Origin: Caldisericia bacterium
GTDB lineage: Bacteria; Caldisericota; Caldisericia; JAAYUI01
Assembly (NCBI GenBank): GCA_963674785.1
Contig: OY771555.1
Location: 544,001-608,000 of the forward strand
DNA: 64,000 nucleotides
Reading direction: 5' to 3'
The notes under the pieces were generated by a model that did not search any database, had not been told where the DNA came from, and saw nothing but the letters and a program-made list of their open reading frames with translations. Each line of letters starts with the position of its first letter. Positions within the stretch are counted from its first letter, which is position 1. Both the position numbers and the translations under genes were made by a program. Of the stretch, positions 38,410 to 46,623 are shown in pieces.

Positions 38410-39585
38410 CTACTTGACCTTCAAGCTATCAAGCACAACAACAGCATCTGGGTTTTCAAGTGCACAATCACATCTGAGAGTAACAACAAAGTATGTAACA
38501 CCTTCTGTCGCACGGCGTTCGGTTTCAATGTTGATGTCTTGCTGGATTCCAAGGATGAGGTTATTGTAGTCACAAAGCATGGAGAATGTTCCATCAAGTG
38601 TGACTTCAACAACTGCTTCACTTGAGTCGTGATCATATTCAAGTGCAGTTTTTAGTGTGAGGTCATTACTTGATTTTGAATCAATCTCTCTTACCTCACG
38701 TTTTGCACCAGACCCAATTGTGATTTTGTCACCTGCTGTGAAGTTTGTGCCATCGGCGACAGTGATTACTGTATCAGTTGCACTTGCCGAAGAGCCAAGG
38801 GTTGATGTTGCACCAGAGGCAACCGCAACTGGAAGGTCGTTTGGTAGAAGCGCACATGGAGCAAGCGGAATCCTTCCAAATGAAAGTAGTGAACTTCCTG
38901 TGATTGCACTATCTCCAAGTGGTGTTGTTCTTGTGCCAATTACCTCTACAAAATCCTGATAAAGATCATCAGAAAGGATGAATCTGAGATTTTCACGATT
39001 TCCGCGATATTTGCTTGCAAGTGTTTTGATTGCTCTTGAAAGCTTTTCTTCATCGATGTTTCTATCATCAAATGATGTGCAATCGACAACGTGACCATTT
39101 GAAATGGCATCAGTATACCAGCCATCAATCTGCTCCCAGATATGGTTTTTTGTTTCATCACCGGTGTCTTCGCCCATGAGGTAGGCATACTCGAGCTGAT
39201 TACCAATCTGGTTTGCGACCATCCTCATGAGATGATCTGCAAATGCCTCTCCCTCAATGTTGTCCATCATCGCATCATCTGCAATTGGCACAACAGCCTT
39301 CATTGTTTTTGAGGTGAGTGTAATCTGGTCTGTTGTCACACTAACAGAGTTGTCCTGAGTGGAACCATATGTTCCGGGTCTCAAAACCTCTTCACCGATG
39401 CCGAGCCTTACAAGCTTTTTGGTATTGCTCCTCATCTTTTCAATTCTTGCGTTGTCTTTGAGGAATGATGCATCGATGATGTAATCGATGAATCTATCTG
39501 CATCCTCTGTTGAAAGCCCTATTCGAGTTGCAAAAGTGCTTGATGTTATTGCTGATTTTGAAAGTAATTCTTCGTTTGTTATCAT
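38410..39585 (-). CDS. Major capsid protein (HK97 fold, PBSX XkdG-like) with an inserted domain
   Basis: LSTEDADRFIDYI, DNIEGEAFADHLM, QLE..L.GEDT, QIDGW, NLILGIQQDINIE, LRCD..E..DAVV. Confidence 0.9.
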   Translation of the reverse strand: MITNEELLSKSAITSSTFATRIGLSTEDADRFIDYIIDASFLKDNARIEKMRSNTKKLVRLGIGEEVLRPGTYGSTQDNSVSVTTDQITLTSKTMKAVVPIADDAMMDNIEGEAFADHLMRMVANQIGNQLEYAYLMGEDTGDETKNHIWEQIDGWYTDAISNGHVVDCTSFDDRNIDEEKLSRAIKTLASKYRGNRENLRFILSDDLYQDFVEVIGTRTTPLGDSAITGSSLLSFGRIPLAPCALLPNDLPVAVASGATSTLGSSASATDTVITVADGTNFTAGDKITIGSGAKREVREIDSKSSNDLTLKTALEYDHDSSEAVVEVTLDGTFSMLCDYNNLILGIQQDINIETERRATEGVTYFVVTLRCDCALENPDAVVVLDSLKVK

Positions 39586-39605
39586 ATTTTTTCTCCCAAT
39601 TATTT

Positions 39606-40334
39606 TTATGAGATGAGTCTCTGAATTGATTCCCATTTCATGGTTTTCTTGCCCCCAGCCTGACCTTCGACTGATTTTTTGGCTGTCAGTTTTGATTCAA
39701 TCCCTGCTAACCTTTCTTTCAATGATTCAAAGTTATCATTGAATTTCTCAAAAATCTCGAGAAGGCTTTCAATTGCTCCCTCATTTTTTTTGACTTTTTC
39801 TGTAAGCTCCAGTAAAAGCTCCTCAGGAAGCTTATCCTTCTCTTTTTCTTCTTCTGGTTTCATGACTTTTCCTAACCATTTTTCGAACAATTCACTTTCC
39901 TCCTTTTTTGTATTTTCTACCCAAATAAATTCAGCTTCGTTGTTTGCGGGTTGGTCAACAACAGAGATTTCTGCAATCGTCATTTTTGTGACAACATTCG
40001 CCATCCTGCCATTTACAAATCTGCGGGTTCTGTCATGCACAATTCCACCGATTGAAAATGCTCTGTAATGACGATTTCTAATCATTTCAAGACAGTTTTT
40101 ATCGGTGATTTCGGCACCCACAAGAAGTCCTCGTCCTGGAATTACAAACAGATACTTTGCTATTCCGACGGTTTTTTGGTGATGCATCTCACGGATATTT
40201 CGCCATTTTTTGTAATCACCGATTGCACGACTTACTGCTACTTCAGAGATGATGTCGCCCTCTTTATCGAGTGCATCTGTTGTTGCAAAACCCCAAACAA
40301 GACTACTTTTTACATCTGTTTTTTTGACTTCAAT
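39606..40334 (-). CDS. Prohead protease/scaffold (XkdF-like), start probably ATT at 40334
   Basis: The frame stays open and protease-like upstream of the listed ATG (LVWGFATTDALDKEGDII..IREMH). Also FSIGG, EISVVDQPAN and a coiled-coil C-terminus. Confidence 0.8.
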   Translation of the reverse strand: MEVKKTDVKSSLVWGFATTDALDKEGDIISEVAVSRAIGDYKKWRNIREMHHQKTVGIAKYLFVIPGRGLLVGAEITDKNCLEMIRNRHYRAFSIGGIVHDRTRRFVNGRMANVVTKMTIAEISVVDQPANNEAEFIWVENTKKEESELFEKWLGKVMKPEEEKEKDKLPEELLLELTEKVKKNEGAIESLLEIFEKFNDNFESLKERLAGIESKLTAKKSVEGQAGGKKTMKWESIQRLIS

Positions 40335-40420
40335 ATTTACCTCCCAGTTTTTTTAATATTGTCATTTACTACAATTTTTCGCCACTCCCAGTCTCTCTTT
40401 GCTTTTCCAGTTGCCCTGCA

Positions 40421-40670
40421 GTCACCCCGGGCGAAGACCCGGGGTCTATAGCATAAAAAGGCGTGCTCTTTTTTATCAGGTAAAATTGCCCATCCAATAT
40501 CAAGAATTATAAAAATAGAGAATCCATGCATCAAAAGTAACGCTAGATGCCCGATCTGTCATCCCGCACTTGATGCGGGACGGGCATGACGGGTGGAATA
40601 GCCCGGAATGAAGAGTCTAAAAAGCCCTCCCTCATCAGGGAGGGATGGTGACGAAGTCACCAGGGAGGGT
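40421..40670. repeat. Composite REP element between portal and protease (doublet, nested REP, CCCTCCC hairpin)
   Basis: The spacer 40450-40541 is the reverse complement of the 19431-19520 spacer with few mismatches. Confidence 0.88.
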
Positions 40671-41857
40671 TACTCCAAACCCATCCTCTTCCTGACCTCA
40701 TCAGCCGAAATAACCCCTGCATCAATCAATATCTTGTCAATCTGTGCGAGTCTGAGTTCATCCTCAACATCAAGCTCATTGAAAACAAATCTGACAGATT
40801 TTACACCCAAACCCTGATTTATGATGAGTCTTGTGATTCTTTCAGAGAGAAATCTTTGACGTGGTGAGATTATGAGATTTTTGAAGTTTGTAAGTTGTGT
40901 TTCACCTGTTCCACCACCAAGATTTCCACTCTCGATTATCCCAAGCAGGTGTGGTGGGACACCATGTGCAACAACCATCAAATCACGATTCATCATTCTA
41001 TAATCAGCAAATGATGCGTCTTTTGGACTAGCAGAAATTGGTTTCAGTTCGCCCGTTATCCCTTGAGGAAACTGCAAAACCATCGTCTTGTGTGGGTTTC
41101 CTTTGAGGTCAGACAGATATCTTGTAAGTTCCTCTTTGTCCTTTGTTGATAAGGTACCACCAGAAATCATGAGGCAATACTGCGGTGTGGCGTTGTTGTC
41201 AAAAAAATTCACATTGTAGTCACGTGCCATAAGATCACCCATCAAAGCACCAATTGCAGGAACAGAATCTGGCATCCCGTAAAATGAGGATGCGGGATTA
41301 TATTTTGCAAGGTGGATGATTTCAGACATCGGGAGATTTGTTGTCTCATCAATTTCAATTGTTTCTGCGCCAAACCTTGCGAACTCTCTTTTTTTACCAT
41401 TCCTAATCTGCAAAAATCCACCATCCCTCTTCACTCTCACTGTTTGTGCTGGGATGTGGAAAAGCCGACTTATTCTTCCAAGAGAATCACGTGTGACTTC
41501 AAGATAGCTGTTGCCAAGACATTCAAGGTCGATCATCACAGAACTTAATAGCTCAGAGAATGAAAGCTCCGGGTTACAAGAACCTAAAAATTCAGAAACC
41601 CTTTCTCTATCGATGGGATTTGGTGTAGACCCATTATCAACAAGCCTCCATCCAAGACCAACAGTGTATTGAGCCTTGATGTTTACGGCACGATAATATA
41701 TCTCACTGCTTCTGTAAAGCTCTAGAAGCCTTTCAAAATCAAGGTACTCTGGTGGGCTTATCACCCCATCAATCCCAGCGAAGGAATCTTCAATCTGTCT
41801 TGAATTATCAACCGTCAACTTGTCTATAAAATCCAGTTTTGCTGTTTTAATCATCAC
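40670..41857 (-). CDS. Portal protein (PBSX/HK97 family)
   Basis: DLECLGNSYLEV.RD, LFHIPAQTVR, EIIHL.KYNP...YGMPD, FFDNNATP, AHGVPPHLLGI, EVRKRMGL. Confidence 0.93.
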   Translation of the reverse strand: MMIKTAKLDFIDKLTVDNSRQIEDSFAGIDGVISPPEYLDFERLLELYRSSEIYYRAVNIKAQYTVGLGWRLVDNGSTPNPIDRERVSEFLGSCNPELSFSELLSSVMIDLECLGNSYLEVTRDSLGRISRLFHIPAQTVRVKRDGGFLQIRNGKKREFARFGAETIEIDETTNLPMSEIIHLAKYNPASSFYGMPDSVPAIGALMGDLMARDYNVNFFDNNATPQYCLMISGGTLSTKDKEELTRYLSDLKGNPHKTMVLQFPQGITGELKPISASPKDASFADYRMMNRDLMVVAHGVPPHLLGIIESGNLGGGTGETQLTNFKNLIISPRQRFLSERITRLIINQGLGVKSVRFVFNELDVEDELRLAQIDKILIDAGVISADEVRKRMGLE

Positions 41858-41871
41858 CTAGCCCCTTTCTC

Positions 41872-43263
41872 TTAGAAAAAATCAACCCTTGCGCATCTAT
41901 TCAAACTTGTACCAAGTCTCACAGCCATCTCGAAAGCATCAATCCTGTCATCATGACTTCCTTTTGGAAACTCCAGAAGCTCATCCCTGAATGCCTTATG
42001 ACCTTTGCCGATAAAGACTTTACCTTCCTCAAACAAAGGTTGCAAAGTCCTTATTCTTGCTTGCTTTGATACCTTAGTGTGCGAAATTGGCACAATTGGA
42101 GTTTCAATCTGTTCTCTCAGTCTTTCAATCATCACTCGCTGATAACCAACATCCTCTATTCCGAGTTTTTCCGGATTCCATTCATTTACTTTCCTGATTA
42201 TCAATTCTTGTTGAGTCAAAAATGTGAATCTGCCAGAAACCTCATCTAAAAGAAACCAGTTTCCAGCACTGTTCACACCAACCACAACAAGCGAAAAAAG
42301 GTCGGCATTTTCAGAATCAGATATTGCAAGATCGCACGCCATATAGACATTCATGTCAGCCCTTTCAGGCTGGTTCATCCAGTGTTTTATCCATTTCTCC
42401 TGAAAGATATTCCCGGTCATCCCGGCAGTATCATTCTGCTTTTCTCGGTCAAACATGAGTGATCCTGAAAGCAATCTGTCAACAAGCAACCTGTTTATGT
42501 TCCATTCTTTTCCCCAAAGGGTTTTCCATGTACCGGTTTTATCAACTGAAAGTAGCTTCCCTTCAGGTGAAAAGTGAAAGAATCTTTCTATCGGTTCGCC
42601 ATTTTCAATTGCCTTTTCGAAATTATCTGGGTAGTTGATAATCGCACGCTCAACCTGAACACTCCAAGCGGGATTACCGATAAATTCAGAGGAAACATCC
42701 TCAGGATGTTTCCTCGTGCCGAGAACAAGAAGCCTTGTTTTTGGCAATGCAAGCTGAAGTAGCGACCCTTTAAACCATTCAGAAATTTTTGCTCGAGAGG
42801 TTTTTGTGCTACTGTTCATCTCATCGATGATGTCATCACAGAGGATAAAGTCGTAGTGCATTCCAGTTATCGATCCACCAACCCCACATGCTGTAATTGA
42901 TGGCTCTTTGCATATATTTGCCAAAAGCCGCAATTCGGTTTTATTCTTTGGTTTGCCGATTTCAAATTCAGGGTAAGAAGAAAGCTTTGTCTCAATCGTG
43001 TTTTTAATCTGGGTAAGAAGTCTTGCTGCAAGTGTTTCTGTTTTTGAGACTATCAAAACCCTTGTTTCCGGATTCATCTTCAGAATCGAAATGATTCCAA
43101 GCAGTCCCCATATTGTTGTTTTACCATGTCCACGAGGGGAAAGCTGAAGCCTTCGATCCCAATTGCCATTATACGCTTCAAGCCATTTTTTGTGATGTGC
43201 TGCAAGTCGAATATCAAGAATTTCGGCAATCTCAAGTGATGTATCCAAAAGGGAGCAACCCAT
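41872..43263 (-). CDS. Terminase large subunit
   Basis: Walker A PRGHGKTT, Walker B ITGMHYDFILCDDII, GTRKHPED, nuclease CDLAIS...D and HDDRIDA. Confidence 0.93.
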   Translation of the reverse strand: MGCSLLDTSLEIAEILDIRLAAHHKKWLEAYNGNWDRRLQLSPRGHGKTTIWGLLGIISILKMNPETRVLIVSKTETLAARLLTQIKNTIETKLSSYPEFEIGKPKNKTELRLLANICKEPSITACGVGGSITGMHYDFILCDDIIDEMNSSTKTSRAKISEWFKGSLLQLALPKTRLLVLGTRKHPEDVSSEFIGNPAWSVQVERAIINYPDNFEKAIENGEPIERFFHFSPEGKLLSVDKTGTWKTLWGKEWNINRLLVDRLLSGSLMFDREKQNDTAGMTGNIFQEKWIKHWMNQPERADMNVYMACDLAISDSENADLFSLVVVGVNSAGNWFLLDEVSGRFTFLTQQELIIRKVNEWNPEKLGIEDVGYQRVMIERLREQIETPIVPISHTKVSKQARIRTLQPLFEEGKVFIGKGHKAFRDELLEFPKGSHDDRIDAFEMAVRLGTSLNRCARVDFF

Positions 43264-43305
43264 TTCTCGCCCCCTTTTCATTGATATAGTTTTTTGACAT
43301 ATCAT

Positions 43306-43333
43306 ATAGTATCTATAATATATTCACTGTCAA
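43306..43333 (-). promoter_or_regulatory. Promoter TTGACA-N16-TACTAT driving terL
   Basis: About 40 nt upstream of ATG 43263. Overlaps the inverted repeat TTGACA(43294)...TGTCAA(43333). Confidence 0.65.
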
Positions 43334-43599
43334 ATCAAATAGTACAATTGCTATCCAAATAAGTCCCTAGATACCAGAATCAATTATTGTTATTATACAA
43401 TAATTTAGATGAGACACATGGTTTTGAAAATGGTGCAGGATGGACTCTAAAAAATGTCGTAAATACAAACAAACCCTTACCAAACATGAATTTTATAAAT
43501 CGTCGAAACAAGCAAAAATGTCGCTTTTTTCATATCTTGAAAAACATTGACCAAACATGAAAAAACAAGTAACATCATAGCCAAGGAGAATTTACCTAA

Positions 43600-46155
43600 A
43601 TGAGAAGATTTCTAATTTTATTTGTAGTTTGTTTGCTTATCGTCCCCACTGTTTTGCTTGCTGACATGAACCTTGAATTCACTGCAGTTGGTCACGGTCC
43701 TCTTAAAGGGGAGCTTGGTCTGCCAATAAAGATGTGTCCACTCCCAGATGGCAGATTTGCAGTGCTTGATGGAGCAACAAAGATGGTTTCTGTTTTTTCT
43801 GACTCTGGAGAGTTTGAAAAAAACATCAGCCTTCCAAAAACCTTCCAATATGAAGTAATCAAAAATGTTGAAAACTTCGATACAACATCACTCAACTTCT
43901 CTTTGACAAATCTCGATATGGTTTCAAATTCTCTTTCTGAAATCTTCTTTTTGACAGAAACAAACATCCTGAAACTGGGTTCTGATGGAACTGTGAAGGA
44001 CAGGATTGGAGATTTTGAAGTAAAAAGCTCTATGATCACAAAACCAGTCTCATTTGATATCGGCGATGACGGTAATTTCTATGTTCTTGATAAAAACAAC
44101 TGTGTTGTTGTGGTCGATACCAAAGGCAAACAGCTCAGGAAAATCGGTGAAATTGGCGAGGGAAAACAGAAGGTTTTAAATCCTCTGATGGTTTGGGTTG
44201 AAGACGATCTTGTAATCGTGCTTGACGACTCTGGTAAACTGACCGCAAGCCCACAAACAGACGATAATGCGATAACAGTCTGGAAACGTGATGGGACATT
44301 TGTCAGAGAGTTTGCTGCATTTTGCGATAGATTCGAACCAGAAGACCATCAGATTTTCCACAGTGTGATCGGTGAGGTATCAGGTGAAGATATTTATCTT
44401 CTTGACCTGCACGCATCACTTGGTGGAATGTACTGGACAATCAAACACTTCCAGACAAATGGTGACTATATGAAGGTCATCAAATCACCTGTTGAAGATA
44501 TGCATCCAGTCGCATCTGTAATTTTTGATATCTATGCAAATGGTGACAAACTCTTCTTCTGTTATCCATTTTTATCAAAAATAGTTTCAGAAGACGGCAA
44601 AAATGAAATCGGAAAACCAACTGAAGAAACACTTACCTCACCATATTCTGCTTGTCCAATTTCTGATTCTGAAATGATTATCATGGAAAGCAATCCTCTC
44701 AGGCTTCACAAATATGATGAGGACGGCAATCACATCAAGGTCGCCACTCTAAACACAAAAACACACGGTCTTCCCGGACTCGAATACACAGTTGGTGTTG
44801 ATATTGATTTTGACGGTGAAAACATAATTGTTGCAACAATGGACTCAATTCTCATGGTTGACCCAAAAAACCTCGAGATTGAAGACAGCATAGAGCTTTC
44901 AAGAAACATCGACAACCTTGCTCTGACAAAAGCCATGGCAGAATCAAACGGAGTTATCCATGTTCTCGATACTCTCTCACAACTAACCAGCTTTACAAAG
45001 GGATTACCAATAACATTCGATTTGAGTGAGTCACTTCCTGATCACAAATTTGTTGACATCGCAACTGATCTGAATGAAAACATTCTTGTTTTATCAACAG
45101 AAAAACCAGGCATTGGATGGTTTTCAAAATCTGGTGATTACAGTAATTTTGTGAGTCTTCCAGATGTCAAATCACCTTCATCAATCTGTGTTACAGATAA
45201 GGGTTTGATTTTTGTAACATCTCTTGAAGAAAACAAAGTATACAACGTCTCAAAAACTGGAAGTGTCGTGTGGGAGGGTGGAGTATCCGAGTTCATAAGC
45301 AAATTTGATACAGCAGAAGATTATGCAGCAACCCCTGACTACATGGTGTACCCTGTAAAGATAAGAACATTTGATAATCAGATTGCAGTACTTGATTTTG
45401 GAAACTTCAGAGCTTTGAAACTATCCGAGAAAGAAGAAGCAGCACCAGAGAAAACCCCAGCAAAACTTGTTGTTACTCAGGACTTCATAGACTTTGGTGA
45501 AGAGATTTATTACCCCGAAAAAATCAAAAAAATCATCCAGATAAAAAATACCGGTGAATTACCACTTGAAGGAACAGCAAGCACAGATTCAAAATATCTT
45601 TCCGTAAGCCCAACCGCAATTGAAAACGATACCCTCATAATCTACGTCACTTGCGAGTTTTCAATTGATGACGCCTGGAAAACAATTTCAGACCAGACTA
45701 TCAAGATTGAGACAAACGGTGGGACAGAAATTGTTAAGATAAACCCAATGAATGTTGTTGGAAAGATCGTTTATATGGATATTGGTAATCCAATCTTCAG
45801 GGTAAAAACAGTTGGTGCCGACCGCGATTTTGAAACAAATCGTGCCCCGATAATTGAAAATAGCAGAACATATGTTCCACTTCGTGCACTTGGTGATGTG
45901 CTTGGTGCAAGCGTCGACTGGGATGGTGATGACCGCCGTGTTACATTCAAGCTTGACAGTAACACTGTTGAACTCTGGATTGGGAAAAATGTCGCAAGAG
46001 TCAACGGTGCTGAGGTTGAACTGACAGACCTTCCGATTATCGTGAATGATTCAACATATGTTCCCGTAAGGTTTGTCTCAGAGCGTCTTGGTGCGGGTGT
46101 TTCATGGATTGCCGCAACCAGGACGGTTGAGATTAAGTATCCGGTTGCTGAATAA
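43600..46155 (+). CDS. Secreted NHL-repeat beta-propeller protein with a C-terminal copper-amine-oxidase-N (stalk) domain
   Basis: Signal peptide, NHL-like blades, APIIENSRTYVPLRALGDVLGASVDWD and PIIVNDSTYVPVRFVSERLGA. Confidence 0.88.
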   Translation: MRRFLILFVVCLLIVPTVLLADMNLEFTAVGHGPLKGELGLPIKMCPLPDGRFAVLDGATKMVSVFSDSGEFEKNISLPKTFQYEVIKNVENFDTTSLNFSLTNLDMVSNSLSEIFFLTETNILKLGSDGTVKDRIGDFEVKSSMITKPVSFDIGDDGNFYVLDKNNCVVVVDTKGKQLRKIGEIGEGKQKVLNPLMVWVEDDLVIVLDDSGKLTASPQTDDNAITVWKRDGTFVREFAAFCDRFEPEDHQIFHSVIGEVSGEDIYLLDLHASLGGMYWTIKHFQTNGDYMKVIKSPVEDMHPVASVIFDIYANGDKLFFCYPFLSKIVSEDGKNEIGKPTEETLTSPYSACPISDSEMIIMESNPLRLHKYDEDGNHIKVATLNTKTHGLPGLEYTVGVDIDFDGENIIVATMDSILMVDPKNLEIEDSIELSRNIDNLALTKAMAESNGVIHVLDTLSQLTSFTKGLPITFDLSESLPDHKFVDIATDLNENILVLSTEKPGIGWFSKSGDYSNFVSLPDVKSPSSICVTDKGLIFVTSLEENKVYNVSKTGSVVWEGGVSEFISKFDTAEDYAATPDYMVYPVKIRTFDNQIAVLDFGNFRALKLSEKEEAAPEKTPAKLVVTQDFIDFGEEIYYPEKIKKIIQIKNTGELPLEGTASTDSKYLSVSPTAIENDTLIIYVTCEFSIDDAWKTISDQTIKIETNGGTEIVKINPMNVVGKIVYMDIGNPIFRVKTVGADRDFETNRAPIIENSRTYVPLRALGDVLGASVDWDGDDRRVTFKLDSNTVELWIGKNVARVNGAEVELTDLPIIVNDSTYVPVRFVSERLGAGVSWIAATRTVEIKYPVAE

Positions 46156-46162
46156 TTAGTTA

Positions 46163-46425
46163 ACCCTCCCTGATGGGGAGGGCATTTAAACCGGTTATTC
46201 TTGGCTACTTCCACGTCATTCCCGTCCCTCCGTCATTCCGGGCTTGACCCGGAATCCAGGATTACTTTTGATACATGAATTATTTATTCAGCGATTCTTG
46301 TTGTTTGAAAAATCATTTCACCCAATAAAACAAATACGCTTTTTAATGCCCTAGACCCAAGGTCTTCGCCCGGGGTGACGGAAAAGGGTGCGAAGGTATC
46401 ACCCACTAACACCTCTGGAATGACA
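46163..46425. repeat. Composite REP element (CCCTCCC hairpin plus 150-bp doublet 46231-46380)
   Basis: Reverse-complement counterpart of 33400-33714 and 40421-40670. Confidence 0.85.
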
Positions 46426-46623
46426 AAGAAAGAACAAGGATATTGTGAAGAGATTCTCAATCCTTCATTCCAAACTCCCTCTCCATTCATTTTGATAGGC
46501 TCCTGAGCCTGGTTTATCCAGAGCTTGTCGAAAGGCAAAGCATGATAGGAATTTAGATGTTTGTTTTGTTTATATGCAATATTATTTTTGCTAAAATCCC
46601 CTTAGTTGGTTTGGAGGAGATTC

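Larger units (their letters stand above)
23455..43333 (-). mobile_element. Phage-derived virion-assembly cluster (GTA/PBSX-like or cryptic prophage remnant)
   Basis: Colinear terminase-portal-protease-capsid-neck-tube-chaperone-TMP-tail tip-lysis genes on one strand. No integrase or replication genes at either flank. Confidence 0.9.

Noticed and set aside
23455-43263. Tailocin or extracellular contractile injection system
   Set aside because: No sheath, baseplate wedge or spike genes were recognised, and a full DNA-packaging head module is present.
23455-43263. Complete inducible temperate prophage
   Set aside because: No integrase, repressor, replication genes or att repeats are visible at either border. 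A decayed remnant cannot be excluded without comparative data.
11079-46425. CRISPR array or integron attC sites from the recurring ~30-bp palindromes
   Set aside because: The repeats are dispersed, inverted and variable, with homologous rather than unique spacers. No cas or integron integrase gene is present. They fit REPs.
13625-46538. Short ORFs over repeat regions (13625..13906, 19469..19687, 33272..33505, 36783..37049, 40337..40534, 46284..46538)
   Set aside because: They are translations of REP elements with no RBS or protein-like features.
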